DNA of 64,000 nt from Lingula anatina (GCA_051362555.1 CM120649.1:17374567-17438566); one strand, 5' to 3'; counted from the stretch's first letter, positions 36,581 to 50,487 are shown. Notes: generated from the letters alone by a model not told the origin. Made by a program: numbers and translations.

Positions 36581-39553
36581 TTATTAGTACCACCAGCGTG
36601 TACGCTGGCGGTACTCATGGTTTTAGTCCCGACCCGTCTCGTACAGCTCCGCCGGCTCCTGCGGCTCCGCAGGATGGCGTGGGATACAAGTCACCGTTAC
36701 CGCTTCTCCTCCTAGACCGCAAGGACCTGTGTCCCCATCTCTTGGATTTTGGTCACATATAATCTCAACTTGAACCCCCTGGTTTTTTTGTCTCAGTCGG
36801 TGCATTGGCCTGGGCGTGGCACTCGTTATAACGCACCCTTGTCAAAATTTTTGAAAATTCAATGCTAAATATCTCCCATACCGAAGGAATTATGTGAAAA
36901 ATTTCTATAGATGGCTGACCGAAAGTCACATGTGGAGATTTCAAATATGCCCTTGGATTTGACCTTTGACCTTTATTTCAAGGTCAAACGGGCCAAAATT
37001 TTTTAAAAATGGGAATTTTTTGCAAAAAAATTATTATTTTATGCCGATTTTCAGAAACTTCACAGATCTAACTTATAATATTATGGACAGGTGTTACACT
37101 TAGGGTCTTCTTTCATCTTCGTGAGTTTGGGGTCAATCGGTGCATTTTCACGGGAGTAGCGGCCATTAGATGCCAAAACTGAAAACTCTCTCAAATTCTG
37201 GAACTGTTAATGCCAGAGACCTCTTGTTTTTTTGCATTTTGTAGAGCTTGTCAAGCGCAACACTGAAGGTGGTGTCCGTTTTTTGTTTTTGATATGGCTT
37301 AGGCATTGTACTATATCGACAGTTCAACATCCAATATTTCGTGGTGAAAATAAAATGTGAAATACTACAAAATTAGCAGAGATACGCCCATAGTTACTAT
37401 TGAACTTGAATAGGAAGTCATATACTGGTAATCTAACTGACCTTGAAATTGACCTTTGACCTACCTTTCATGATGAACTGCACTTTGCAAGTTTTCTGAT
37501 TTTTATATCTCCAAAACTAGCAAAGATATGCCCATAGTTACTGTTGAACTTGAATAGGAAGTCATATACTGGCAATCTAACTGTGATCCTGAAATTGACC
37601 TCTGACCTACTTTACACCATGAACTGAACTTTGCAAATTTTCTAGCCCTTATATCTCTTAAACTGGCAAAGATACGCCCATAGCTACTGTTGAACTTGAG
37701 TAGGAAGTCATATACTGGCAATCTTATTGTGACCTTAAAATTGACCTCGACCTACTTTTCACCATGAACTGAACTTTGCAAATTTTCTCTCCCTTATATC
37801 TTGAAAACTGGCAGAGATACGCCATTAGTTACTATTGAACTTCAATAGGAAGTCATATACTGGCAATCTAACTGTGTCCTTGAAATTGACCTCTGACCTC
37901 CTTTACACCATGAACTGAACTTTGCAAATTTTGGTTCCCTTTTCTCTCTAAAACTGGCAGAGATATGTCCATAGTTACTATTAAAGTTGAATAGGAAGTC
38001 ACATACTGGCAATTTACTGTGACCTTAAAATTGACCTTTGACCTACTTTTTACCATGAATTGAACTTTGCAAAATTTTGTTCCCTTTTATCTCCAAAACT
38101 GGCAGAGATAGGTCCATAGTTTCTATTGAACTTGAATAGGAAGTCATATACTGGCAATCTTATTGTGACTTTAAATTGAACTTTGACCTAATTTTCATCA
38201 TGAATTGAACTTTGCAAATTTTGGTTCCCTTTTATTTCCAAAACTGGCAGAGATAGGTCTATAGTTACTATTGAAGTTGAATAGGAAGTCACATACTGGC
38301 AATTTATCTGTGACCATGAAATTGACCTTTGACCTACTTTACACCATAAACTGAACTTTGCAAATTTTGGTTCCCTTTTATTTCCAAAACTGGCAAAGAT
38401 ATGCCCATAGTTACTATTGAACTTGAATAGGAAGTCATATACTGGCAATTTACTGTGACCTTAAAGTTAATCTTGGACCTACTTTTTACCATGAACTGAA
38501 CTTTGCAAATTTCCATTCCCTTTTATCTCCAAAACTGACAGAGAAAGGTCCATAGTTACTATTGAACTTGAATTGGAAGTAATACACTGGCAATCTAACT
38601 GTGACCTTGAAATTGGCCTTTGACCTAATTTTTATGATGAACTGCTTTTTGCATGTTTCCTGGCCTTTAAATCTGCAAAACTTGAAAAGAAATGCCCATG
38701 GTTACTATTGAATTTGAATAGAAATTCATATACTATGATGTTGAAATTGACTTTGACTTACTTTTTCACCATGAACTGAGCTTTGCATATTTTCTTGCTC
38801 CTCATATCTTCAAAACTAACAGAGATGTGCCCGGTGTTGCCCCTAGGTTTTCTCTTTTGTCAGCATATATGCACCACTGACAACACATTTTAAAGGTACA
38901 TACGAACCGAGCATCGGTGGAGAGGGGATTCCCATTAACACATGTAAACCACTTCTACTAGTTTCTTATACGACTCAAATAAATTCGCCATGCCAAGGGA
39001 TAAACTGAATATATCACTCGATCAGCCGTAAAAGAGCTTTAGACTGCTCCTTTCTTTAAATTTTTGGTTGTAAATTTAACCCACTTTCGTGACCTACTTT
39101 TCTGCCCTATTGACATACAGCATAGAATGCTAGCAGCAAAATCCATTCAAACATCATTTTCGGGTAAAATTAAACAATGCCTTTTGGTAATTCTCTTAGT
39201 TATACTACTTGAAACTATATGCTGGCATTTGGTTGGTTTTTGTGACAAAAAATTGACTTTGTATGCATCTTTAAGGAAAACCAATAGGCCTTTTGTCTAG
39301 AGAATCACAGGAGTGATCAATGGTAGGAAAATGCAGGTCAGTTCGAAAATCTGCTTGATTGTAACATTTTTATTCATATTTTTTGGCATATTTTGAGAAC
39401 TCTTGTTGATTGCATTTTATAGAGCTTGTCAAGCACAAGACTGGTGATGGTGGCCCTTTTTTTTTTTGGGGGGGGGGGGTTCCATACAAATGCGCTTACT
39501 CCAGCTGGTGGTACAATATCCGGAGGCGGTATCGCCTCTCTGATCCTCTAGTT
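36581..39553 (+). mobile_element. non-autonomous Helentron-type element (HINE/DINE-1-like) with a central satellite array
   Basis: 5' end TTATTAGTACCACCAGC with an adjacent inverted copy GCTGGCGGTACT, then a GCTCC microrepeat. 3' subterminal IR GCTGGTGGTAC (39504-39514), hairpin GAGGCG-GTAT-CGCCTC (39523-39538) and CTAGTT terminus (39548-39553). Confidence 0.8.
37375..38830. repeat. tandem satellite array, ~10 copies of a 144-146-bp unit
   Basis: The anchor TAGGAAGTCATATACTGGC recurs at 37411, 37555, 37701, 37846, 37992, 38137, 38282, 38428, 38573 and 38719 (last copies degenerate). Confidence 0.95.
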
Positions 39554-39582
39554 AGTGGAAAGTTTTAAAAAAAGGCAATTAA

Positions 39583-39749
39583 CAGGGGCAGACCCAGAGC
39601 TATTTTCTGACAGTCTTCCAAATTATCTTTGTTGATTATCCTCTAATTTTGACCTTCTTCCAAAATGAAAAATTGGATACCCGTCAATGTAAACTTGAAA
39701 ATCTGACCGTCTTCCGGAAGACCCAGAAGACGGCCTAAATCCGCCCCTG
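39583..39749 (+). mobile_element. non-autonomous TIR element, family D (CAGGGGC(A/G)GA ends)
   Basis: CAGGGGCAGA...TCCGCCCCTG. A second copy at 49261-49428 shares TGACAGTCTTCCAAATTATCTTTGTT and GAAGACCCAGAAG. Confidence 0.75.
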
Positions 39750-42182
39750 ATTAAAAATATTGACATTTTAATTTTCATTAAACATAATGTAAGATTGCTT
39801 CCACATTTTTAGACTCTGACCACAAATTACCATCACCCCACTAAGAATGTGTTTGCTTTCAGTATTTATCAGCGCCAGGTTTTTCTCAGGATAAAAATGT
39901 CAAAACAGCCATCTAGGCTAGACGAAGGGAAAATATGGTCCAATTTTTTGCTGTTGGTTTTCAAGGCCCTTGATACTAATAGAAATATATTGAGCCCAGG
40001 CAGTGAACCTTTGTGGCTACACGTATAAAGGCAACTGAAAATTAACCTGAGACTTTGATTTCCACGGTGTCTGTGCATTTAACCATCATGTGCACTGTCA
40101 TCTGTCCTCGTCGGCAATTTTGTTGGTGCTGTGCACTTTTCACTGTTAACACATCATATGGAAAAACCATGTGACTTACAATCTTCAAATTAAGTCACTA
40201 GAGTGATTTGTGGCACTACAATAAAGGCCAAGTTTGAATGGCAGCTTTATTGGATCATTTGTCTTGAAGTTATGTGGGTTTTTTTTGTGAATTTTTCATT
40301 TTTCACACATTGATATATGACGATGTGTAACTCTGAAATACCATGGGCCTAAAGCCCTAATATGCTAGTTACAGTTTTAAGTGATTGTGCTACCTGCAGT
40401 ACAATAATTAAAAATTGGTCGTGATGTGACTCATAGGACTAAAATAAAATCCAAGTTTAAAATAGCCTGATTCGATTTATGTTATAATATTTATTATATA
40501 TTATTTATTAATTATTATTATTTATTATGTATATTATGAAACATAGGCGTGCACTTATATTTGTTAGTTATTTTATTTACATCTAAAAAGAAGAATGATA
40601 ATAGTATAAACAAACTCAATACTAGCTGATTGATTAAGGCGGTGGGGGGGGGGGGTGCACAATTGTAAACATGCTTGCTTCTGTTCACTTGACAATTATA
40701 CAACATAAGACAAAGATAACTTTTCTGTAATATGTAGGATACAGGAACGACAAAATTGCTTTTATTTTTATATTGACACTTTATTGTTATTATTATTATC
40801 TGGAGTGCACATGCCACTTGCCCCCCACCCCCCCCCCCCACCCCCCACCCCCACCCCCAGTCCAGAAGTGCCTTAAATTTATACATTTTGTTTTGCAATT
40901 CTTTGTTTTAGTCAACAAAGTGTTTCCCAGAAAACTGTAGATTTATATCTGTTTTCTAAACACTCTAGTAGCCTACAAATGAGCTTAAATCTGACATTTG
41001 AGGTTAAAAGTTGTTAAGAAGTAACAGGTGCTCTTTTTTCAAGAAATGTGGAATAACGGGATATTTTATCATTATACATTAACACGCTGCTGCATCTAAT
41101 AGGAGTATTTTCATGAGATAGTATAGATAGGATACATGCCAATAGTTTTAAAGTTTTAAGTTTTAAAGGAATTTGTGTAAATGATTGAAATTGGTGGGTC
41201 AGGTTAAAAGGGGGGGGGGAGGGTGCTCAGAGGGTAAAAGTTTCAAAAGAACAAGCTGCCCTTTTTGTCAGAAAAAGCCTGCTCAGAATCACAATTTGCC
41301 CTACTGGTAATTTTTTTTGATATCATTTTGAGTCAATTCAGGGGGTAAAAATGTCCTTTTTTTCTGAAAAAAGGAACCCTTTGAAATTGCTGCTATATGG
41401 GCGTGAGGGCAATCCAAATTTCCAAACATTTGAATCCCAAACTTCCAAACCCACACACGCCAGATTTGATAATAGACTAAATTTTAAGTAAATTTTGTAA
41501 ACTGCATTTCGTGTTCAGCACAGAGCATACAGTACTAGATGTACTTAAGTTGCCTTACGAACAACCCAATCCCCTTCCACACATACATGTACATACATAC
41601 AAACAAGCTGTAAGTTGAACTGTGGATTGCAGGTCAAAAAGCCTCCTTCATACTGTCGCCAACATCTCTTTAGAATTCATGGCAGACACTGCAAGATCCT
41701 ATAATGGTGTATAAGCACCATCCGGGCAAACATGAGCAGTTAACTGACCTAATTAAGGCAACGAAAATGTTATCTAGTTGATGGCTTTACAGGCATATGA
41801 TTGGTCAGAAGTATTGATTTTACATTTAGCTGTCTACTGGGGTGCCCGCCAAGGCCCTTGCTTACATACTGTGGCCATTATAACCCTGTAGAACTTGCTA
41901 GGAGATCCATTTGTTTGTGTTTGGTTACATTAGGTTTTGCGTTTTGTCCGTTGTTGCTGATTTGGGACAGTTAATTAGAGCAAAATTGCGTCCCAAGGTG
42001 TTACTTGTTTGTTCTGCTTTCAGACATTATATGTGAACGCATTTTAACATGTTTTTGAGGACCTAATACTTATCGAAAGATCAGAAAGCATAGTCCTTTA
42101 TCAGCATTTATCAGCAAAATGTACATGAAAATGAATTAAGTAATTTTTTTTGAAAAAAAAAAATTTAGGACACACAGATTAG

Positions 42183-42294
42183 GTTCAAATTGTAATTTTT
42201 CCCTCCTGCATACATGTATCCTGGAAGTTCCATCTAAATCTGTGAAAAGATTCTTGAAATGTCTTGTTCACTACCAAACAGAGACATGGGCAAG
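42183..42294 (+). CDS. possible upstream coding exon of the TDP1-like gene
   Basis: Open frame ...ILEVPSKSVKRFLKCLVHYQTETWA ends AG|gtaacc in phase 2, matching the phase needed by exon 43884. The acceptor is weak and no start codon was resolved. Confidence 0.35.
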
Positions 42295-42729
42295 GTAACC
42301 TATTAAAACAATGTTGGTGATGAAAATGATTATTGTAAGTAATCTTGAAAATGTAAAATATTAGGAAAAAGGCACTTGAAAATCTCTTTTTATAATCAAA
42401 TCCAGAAAGGATGTAGGAAGAAACCAGAAACATTTTTGTCAACAGGAACATAACTGGTTGATTTGAAGGAACAATTAAGACAAAAAACTGAGGATGTTAC
42501 ATTTCCTAGAATACGAAGAATTTTTAGTGGATTTAAGGCAATTCTACCACAAAAATGTTATTAAACTTCGACACATGTAAAAGTTAAATGCTTGTGGGTG
42601 TTCCAAGGGCACTCCTTTCTTGCTGTAAAAAATCCTAGAATTGACTTTTATGTTGAATTCAGCAATAGTACTATTATTTTAGAACATGTTCATCCTTCTT
42701 TTTTAAAATGTGCGAAACTCCCCACCTAG

Positions 42730-43440
42730 AACATTTGACAAAATGACATTTCCTGCGTTTGCTCCTTTTGTGCTATTATACATACAGTTATTATGTGATT
42801 AATTTCAGAATAGCATTTTGATTGGTTTGAAAACAAATCTAGTTTTCACCCAAGGCAGAACCTGGGCCATCACTTGTATATCAGTCACCCCGCCTTTAAA
42901 ATTTGACAAAAAAAAAAGTATTTCCCGTTTTTGCTTTTCATGAAATATGTGTTCATTTGCAAATAACATTTAGAGTTGTCTGAGAATAAATTTTAACTTT
43001 TAGCCAAGACGGAATCGAGCAAAAGGTGGTAATACTTCTTTGGCACTTTTAACATTTGACAAAAGGACATTTCCTGTTTTTTGCTTTTCATATAATATGT
43101 TCATTTAGAAATAGCATTTAGAGTTGTTAGAAAGCAAATCTTATTTTTACCCAGAACCTGGCATAATGTGTAAATCTCCTTATGCCACTTTAAACAAATG
43201 ACATTTGTCGAATGGACATTTCCTGTTTTTGCTTTTTATATAATATGTTCATTTTCAGATAGCATTTAGTTGTCTGAAATCAAATCTAGCTTTTACCCTA
43301 GGTAGATTTTGAGAAAATTTGTGATTTTTTTCACATTTAACATTTGACAGAAAGACATTTCCTGTTTTTGATTTTTATGTAATATGTTCATTTGCAGATA
43401 ATGTTTCGAGTTGTTTGAAAAAAAATTTACCCAAGACAAA
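42730..43440. repeat. degenerate tandem repeat, ~5 copies of ~140-170 bp
   Basis: ACATTTGACAAAAxGACATTTCCTG..TTTTGCTTTT..TAATATGTTCATTT recurs near 42731, 42900, 43053, 43202 and 43340. Confidence 0.8.
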
Positions 43441-43883
43441 AAACATAGCAGAGGCATGTACACTATGTCATGTTGACATTACTCACCAGTTTCAAACATT
43501 GATTCATAATTATTTCATTCTCAACACTTCATTTAGATATTTGAATTCCAGTTACTTATAATATAAAGCATAAAGCTGAATTCAACTAGTAGATGCCATT
43601 GTATATTTTCTGCTTACCTTTGTTAATGAAAAAAATACTGATTTGGAATGTGATTGTATTAAGTTTGTCCAGCTTTTATGAATAATACAAAGCATTCTCA
43701 CAATAATATTTGCATTTCAGTACATGCCACCCCTTCCATGTCTTTAACATAAATATTTCATAATTGTTTGCAGAGTACCCTAAATTTTATTTAAAATAAT
43801 CATTTATTTATTTATTTTTATGTTTTGTTTAACTAAGAGATAAAAAAAATAACAGATTTTGAACAGATTGTCTTCCATTTTAG

Positions 43884-44692
43884 AATATGGCTCCCTCCTC
43901 ATCTGAAGAACTCTGCCACAGAATACCTGGATTTCTCGGACATTGTCCTTTTAGAGGGGCTTCTCTTGGCCCTCATAGTGGATGACCAGAAGTTGACCGA
44001 TTTTGGCAAATACACGGACTACTTTCCCAGAGATGTGGGACTGATGATAATTTGTCCTAGTGTATGTTTAACTTAATGGATATTTGAAATAGTGCACTCG
44101 CACCTTTTATTGTTTATTAAGATTATGTAATGGCTTGCTTTGAAATATAATGATTCCCCATGATTTTAATTTAAAAAAAAACAATTATGCTCATAACAAG
44201 ACTATTATATTTGTACATGGACTTAATTAAGTTGTTTTTTCATAACATTAGGGTGCAGCTTCAGAACTTGTCAACTAGTCAGTGTCAGCACCTTTATGTT
44301 CTGGAAATTACTTTGGCAGACCCTCTGGCCATGTGTGGCCTCTTCCTTGTTTGAGCATTAATTCACACCTATTTTATAATGATAAACTTTTCAGTGATAA
44401 TAACTTATTTCTTAAATCCAGTAAAACATTTTGAAATAAATCAGTGGTAAAAATAGTGCAAAAAAAAATGAAATCTGCATTTGGAATTTGTTTTGACTAT
44501 ATATTATTTATTTCTTTATATGAAACAAATAAATGATATTTAAAATTATTTATTTATTAATTAATTTTTTTCAGGCATCTGGTCGTGGTGACAAAGCCTT
44601 CTTCCAGACTGTGAAGGACTGTCCTACTCACAGACAAGATTATGGTAATTGCACACAAATTTCAAACTCCTGTTTTTTTTACTGCCCCCCCC

Positions 44693-44747
<55 letters not shown>

Positions 44748-46702
44748 TTTTTTCTCTTGAAGTCTTATTTCTACTAGCAACATCAAAAGTATTTTCTGTC
44801 ATGAACCCTGTTTCTTTCTTTTTTTTTTTTCATTTTTATTTTGTTCATGTATTACTAAATTACTTGTTCATGGAAGTGATATTGATCTATTTTGTTGGAA
44901 ATATAGTAAGCAAATAAATTAATTATGGTAAGTTGTACTGCTGAATAGCCAGAATCCTGTAGTGGCCAGTAAACTAATGCCCAAGGTAACCCCTTTGTAA
45001 CCCTCCCTTTTGAAGTGAATGTGTTAGAGAAGCAAAAGAACATCTTGCTGCAATTGGCAGTACTTGTAAAGAATTATCATCTAGCACAATTATTGAAGAC
45101 TTTGAGTATAGGGAAGTAATAAGGAAAGAGATCTTATAGGACTTGAAGTTAAGGATGCACATGCTGGCGTGGTATTTTTTCCTTCAAATGGTGAAGATAA
45201 ACCTTAATATATAGGTTGACTGAAGAAAATATTTATGATGAAATTTCCCCTGGTTTCTCCCCCAGATGAACATGACCAGCAAGGAGGCCTTAGTGATGTG
45301 AAGTGTCACTGTGAGGAGATTAGGGAGGTAGCAATGGTACATCCGTCACAGAGCTCTAAGCTTTCTGCCAAGTTCATGTTGCTTAGGTAGGTGGCATTTT
45401 TTTTTTTTTTTTGCTGTATGCTTTGTTTTTTTACTCCAACACACATAGGGATTGCAGTTGTTGGCAAAGATAATATTGATTATATACAAAGCATGATCAA
45501 TTCAATTTTTTACATTTTTTTACTGTTTTTTTTATCTGTTTTTTTTTTTATATTGGTAAGGTATCTGGTAGCCCCTGTATATCCTTGTAACAATTCTGTT
45601 TTTAGATATGCTTGGCATATGCGTATCATCATACCCAGCGGCTGTTTTGACCCGGAGATGGATGAGGACATGTTGACCTTTGGCTGGTATGTTGACCTTC
45701 CCATAAGAGAGGAAGCCATGAGGGCATCAGGAGATGAGATGAGACTGGAAAGTATGTCTGACCTTGACCATTTTTTTTTTTTTGTTTGTTTGTTTTGGAG
45801 AGTTTTAAAGCATGGTTTAGTTGTCATGGTTATGATGCAGTTATCAAAATTTCATTCAGTAAAATAGTTTAATTTTTTCATATAAAAAAGAGAGATATTG
45901 TTCAAAAAGGAATACAATTAAGGCATAAGTATATGTATATATATGCCTTGCACCTGACCTGGATTTAAATGAACTTTTACTTTGTATTTCATGCTCTGAT
46001 CTTGAGCTGTATGTCAGTAGAATGGCAGTTTTGTGCAATTTTCAGTCAGATGTGATTCAGTTTGAACAGAGATCTAATCCTGACTTTGATTCTTACAATA
46101 GTTTTTATGCGCTGACCCTGACCTATATTTCATTGGACATGCAATTGTCTTTGTATTTTATCCTAATTAAACAGACATTTTTACCGTACCAAATAGAATG
46201 GATTGCTCCAGTCTGTTGTTGTCTGTCTCTAAAATATAAAACGTGTACAAACCTGTAACCTTGACATTTGACCTTGACCTATATTTCAGTGGAGAAGCAC
46301 CCGTTTTCTGCAGACCTCTGCTGCATGTTGTCCAACTTAAATGGCAATCCGTACCCTATCTTGAATGGAGTGGACTTCTCTGGGCTGTCTCCATGTGTTC
46401 AGTTACTCTGCTCAGTGCCAGGTAGATGTATTTACTATTTTTATTAGACTATGAATGCATGAGGGGGATGAATTCCCAAACTGAATACACCTGAGGGCTC
46501 AGTAAATTCACGCTAGGACATATTTTATGGATACATTTAGGATGAAAAAAGCAAGCATAGTTACACTATGCACATATTGTCTTGAGTGTATAAGCCCTTT
46601 TTTAACACACAACATTTTAAGGTTTTGGGAATTTACCCCCCCCCCCCCCTCTCCCCATTCCCTTGTTAAGAAAAAGCATATGCCAATAGTAAAAAAAACC
46701 AT

Positions 46703-46735
<33 letters not shown>

Positions 46736-49700
46736 ATACAGTTTGTTGGAATGAATGACATAGTATATGAAAAAACCCTGGCTGCATTAAGAATGTCAAT
46801 AATAGATAGCGTATTGGTATTATCTCATAAAAAAATAAAGGCTTCAATCTTGAACATTGATTAATAAAAATGCATGGAAATAGATAGTGTATGCGTATTT
46901 TTCTAGGGCAGTACACTGATGCTACAGCAAGGAGACTAGGCATGTTAAAACTTGGTGCAGCCATTAAGGCTAACATGCAGGCTGATGACAGTGTCATTGA
47001 TAATGAGGTAATTACAGAGATTGGCAGGGGGTGAAATGGTTTGCTTTTGTCTCCACTGCTTTATTGAATTTTGAAAATTTTATTTTTATTGCATTTATTT
47101 ATTTATTTATTTATTATGGTTGTTGTTAATATTTTGGGGGGAGGTAGAAAGAGATATTCTAATGCAATGGTGAGGCAATTTGTACCTGACCCCCCCCCAC
47201 CCCCACCCCCACCAGCCTCCATTGCTTAATTTGGTCTAATTTTCATGGCTGTTGCCTTCTCAGGTTCTCTACTATACCAACAGCATAGGATTTCTGGAGG
47301 TGGACAGTTTGAGTGACCTCTGCAAGTACACAAACACTAAGAAGGAAAATTTCAAGGTGTGTACAGGGCAATATTGTACGTGTTAAGTTGAGATTGAAAC
47401 AGCTCATTTTTATAAAACCTGAAATTTCAAGGTACTTAACTGTTAACAAACTTTTAAAAAATTGTCAGGCGACTTTATCTGGCACGCCTCCCCACGTGTC
47501 ATCATGACCGGTCGAATTGAGCCGAGATTTAATGACTGTGCCCCTGCAGGGACGACTCGTGGGGAGGCATGAAAGAGGATTAAGACCATTACAGGATTAA
47601 GCGGTCTTCCTTTCATGTAGGTCTGCCATATTTAGGCCATGGACCAGCTAGCACTCAGCTCTTCTCATTCTGAATGGCCTCTAAAACATCTCAGTCCTTT
47701 GAGTTAACCATTCTCAAGTCTTTGCTATCAAGCATATGTACATGTATTTATATTCATTTCAACTGCTGAGCATTTATATATTTTTCTTTTAACATATTAT
47801 TTTATGCATAATCATTTTAATTGGATTCTCTAACATAAGCATTTTAATTTGTTATCTGTAAAATTATTTTTAACGAACACATAGTGAACTTTATAGATAA
47901 TTAAAATTTTACTCTCCAGATAGCATACCCGTCCAATGCATATGTTGATGGCATTCCCAGTGCAGTTAATGAGAAACCATATTATCACTTTGCAGACAGG
48001 TAAGATAAAAAAAAAAAGGGGGGGGGGGGGGCGGGGGGGGGGGATGAGAAAGTGGGGGAGGGGGTAGTTAGAAAGAGGGAGACAGAAAGAATAGAGTGCA
48101 GAAAAGCCGCTTTTCTCTTGCATGGATTACATCCTTATACTGTAATACTTATATATACATGCGGTGTTGATCGTTTTAGTTAAATTTAGAGTACCACCAA
48201 TGTTTTTATCCCTGTCTTTATTGCTACAGCAGTTAAATGATGAACAAGGATAGGTCAATTTGAAATACATTGTAGGAAGTCGTATATTTTCAGGTTCGGG
48301 CTCTCAAGATGCTATCTCCATGACACTGTTCCCAGCCCTTTCTCCCGTAGCAAGGTAACAGAAGATTGTCTCCAAAAATTAAGACTGGGTTTCCCATACC
48401 TAGATCGATCTAACAGGATTGATCCATCTCCGAGGGGTTTCTTGCTTAAGTGGCTTAGATGTCTGGCATGCCTAATGAGGCTCCTAAATGATAATTAATC
48501 ATCCCAGCAGCATCAGTAGGTGTGACAGACATCTAAGCTGCTTAAGATGATTCCAATCTAGCGAGAATCCCCTTGGAGATAGATTGATCCACAGTTAGTA
48601 CGATAAGGTCTGGGAATGGTCCCTAAGTACTCCTGTCACATTTAAATATGTTAATATTGTGTTAATAGTTATGTTTAACAGGTTAATACGCCTCTTGTTT
48701 CCAATGTACTTGTATAATCACCAGCTTTTCTGTGTTCTAATCAACGTCAAGAGGAGGCATGTTAACCTGTTAATCTGATTGCATTTAGCAAGAATCCCTG
48801 CAGAGTTGGATCAATCTAAGTAGACCACTGATGCCTATGGGAATGAGCCCTAAACTTGGACAGCTTTATTTAGCTAGAATTAAACAAAATTTTTTGGACA
48901 TTTGTTTCTTATTAAATAATCAATGATTTTTAAGGTGATAAGAATCCCATACAGACATGCTTTTGTGTTTTACCTGTTTTGGAAAACTGCTTTTGGAAGA
49001 AATTGTCATCAATTTCAGTTTATTGTCTGCCGAGGTCAACAAGATGGCCGCCCAGCTTCCTCTCCCATTACCCTGCTGTACCTTGGCAGTCATAGATTGG
49101 CCGCCAAAAGTCTCGGCACAGTGTCCCATGGCGGCAGTGTGATAAAACTTGAATCTTATGATATGGGTTTACTGGTGTGTTCCTGGACAACAGAAGAAGG
49201 AGGTGGGCTGACGATCAAAGTAGAGAAAAAGTTTTATCTAAGTTAACTCTGGACTTGAGACAGGGGCAGATTCAGATATTTTTTGACAGTCTTCCAAATT
49301 ATCTTTGTTCATCCATTCTCCATTTTCAACCATCTTCCAACAGAAAAAAATCAATGCCCATCAATTTAAACTTGAAAAATTTTGACCATCCTCTGGAAGA
49401 CCCAGAAGGTGGCTTCCATCTGCCCCTGATTGATTATTTATTTGCTTTTTCTATGAATTTTCCAGTATGTCACGTCCCAGACATGTCAACATTGGGAATT
49501 CCAGTGGATGTAAACAAGCTACACAAGTACGCAGCAGACGACATTCCCTATATCCCATCAGCTTACAACCATCTCAAAGTACACCGGGCAGTAGGGAAGC
49601 TTGTCAGGGCTGTACCAAAGAAGTCTTTTGGATTTCTTAGTAAATTACTACCGACCGATCCTCTTTATGACTGCATGTAAGTTTGTTTGTTTTTTTTTTT

Positions 49701-50456
49701 TTTTTTTTTTTGTTTTTTTTTTTACGCCAACACAAATGAATTCTCGTAAAGCCAAAAGAAAAAAGTGCTGGTAGTATACATGTATATTCACTAACTTAAA
49801 GTACTCATGCAAATTTGCAGCATTTTGCTCGTGGCAAATTTAAAGTTAGTTTGCTGCAAACTTTTCATTTTGCTGACAGATATACACAGCATGTTGCATG
49901 AAAGCACCATGTACACATATTTTTCATTATCTTGGCCTGCATCTTATTTCAGAGAGCCAGAGAAATTGAAATTCCCTGAAAGAGAATTATTCATTCATCT
50001 CGACACCATTAAAGATTCTGGATTTTCCAATCAGTTGGTGGCAGGCAGCATATTTGATGTGTTTTATGCCAAACTAAAGACACATACCAACAAAAGGGAG
50101 AGTAATCCTAGAGCATTTTATGTGGTGAATATTATTAGGTAAGTACAACATGTATTTACCCTTTTGGTGCTTGTCCTATAGGAAATTGGTCCAAACCCCT
50201 ACAGGATCCTTTTGGACACATTTCCTAGATAGAAATTCCATAAGCTGTCCCATTAAGTCCCAAAGAGTCCTCTAGAATTCTTATAGAATTCCGTAGTCTT
50301 TTTGGATTCCTATAGAGTCCCACAGAGTCCTATAGGTGGTCCTATTGGGGATTTTCGTAAGGGTAGCTCTTTTAGAATGCAATGGTATAGACATTCTGAT
50401 AACAGAGATAAGTTCCCAGTTATCTTTTTTTATTATTTTTTATTTTTATATATTTA

Positions 50457-50487
<31 letters not shown>

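Noticed and set aside
37375-38830. CRISPR array or coding repeats (ORFs 37503-38516)
   Set aside because: Whole units are repeated with no unique spacers, the context is eukaryotic, and the ORFs are by-products of the satellite.
45391-45867. 158-aa hydrophobic membrane-protein ORF
   Set aside because: The hydrophobic parts come from T-rich intron sequence; only 45606-45751 is a TDP1-like exon.
48935-49018. Upstream in-frame acceptor for exon 49019
   Set aside because: It would insert 28 aa directly after the motif-2 Lys and does not restore HxK; 49019 fits TDP1 spacing better.
49177-49680. 167-aa ORF as a stand-alone gene
   Set aside because: The first half reads through intron and a family-D TIR element; only 49466-49676 is exon.
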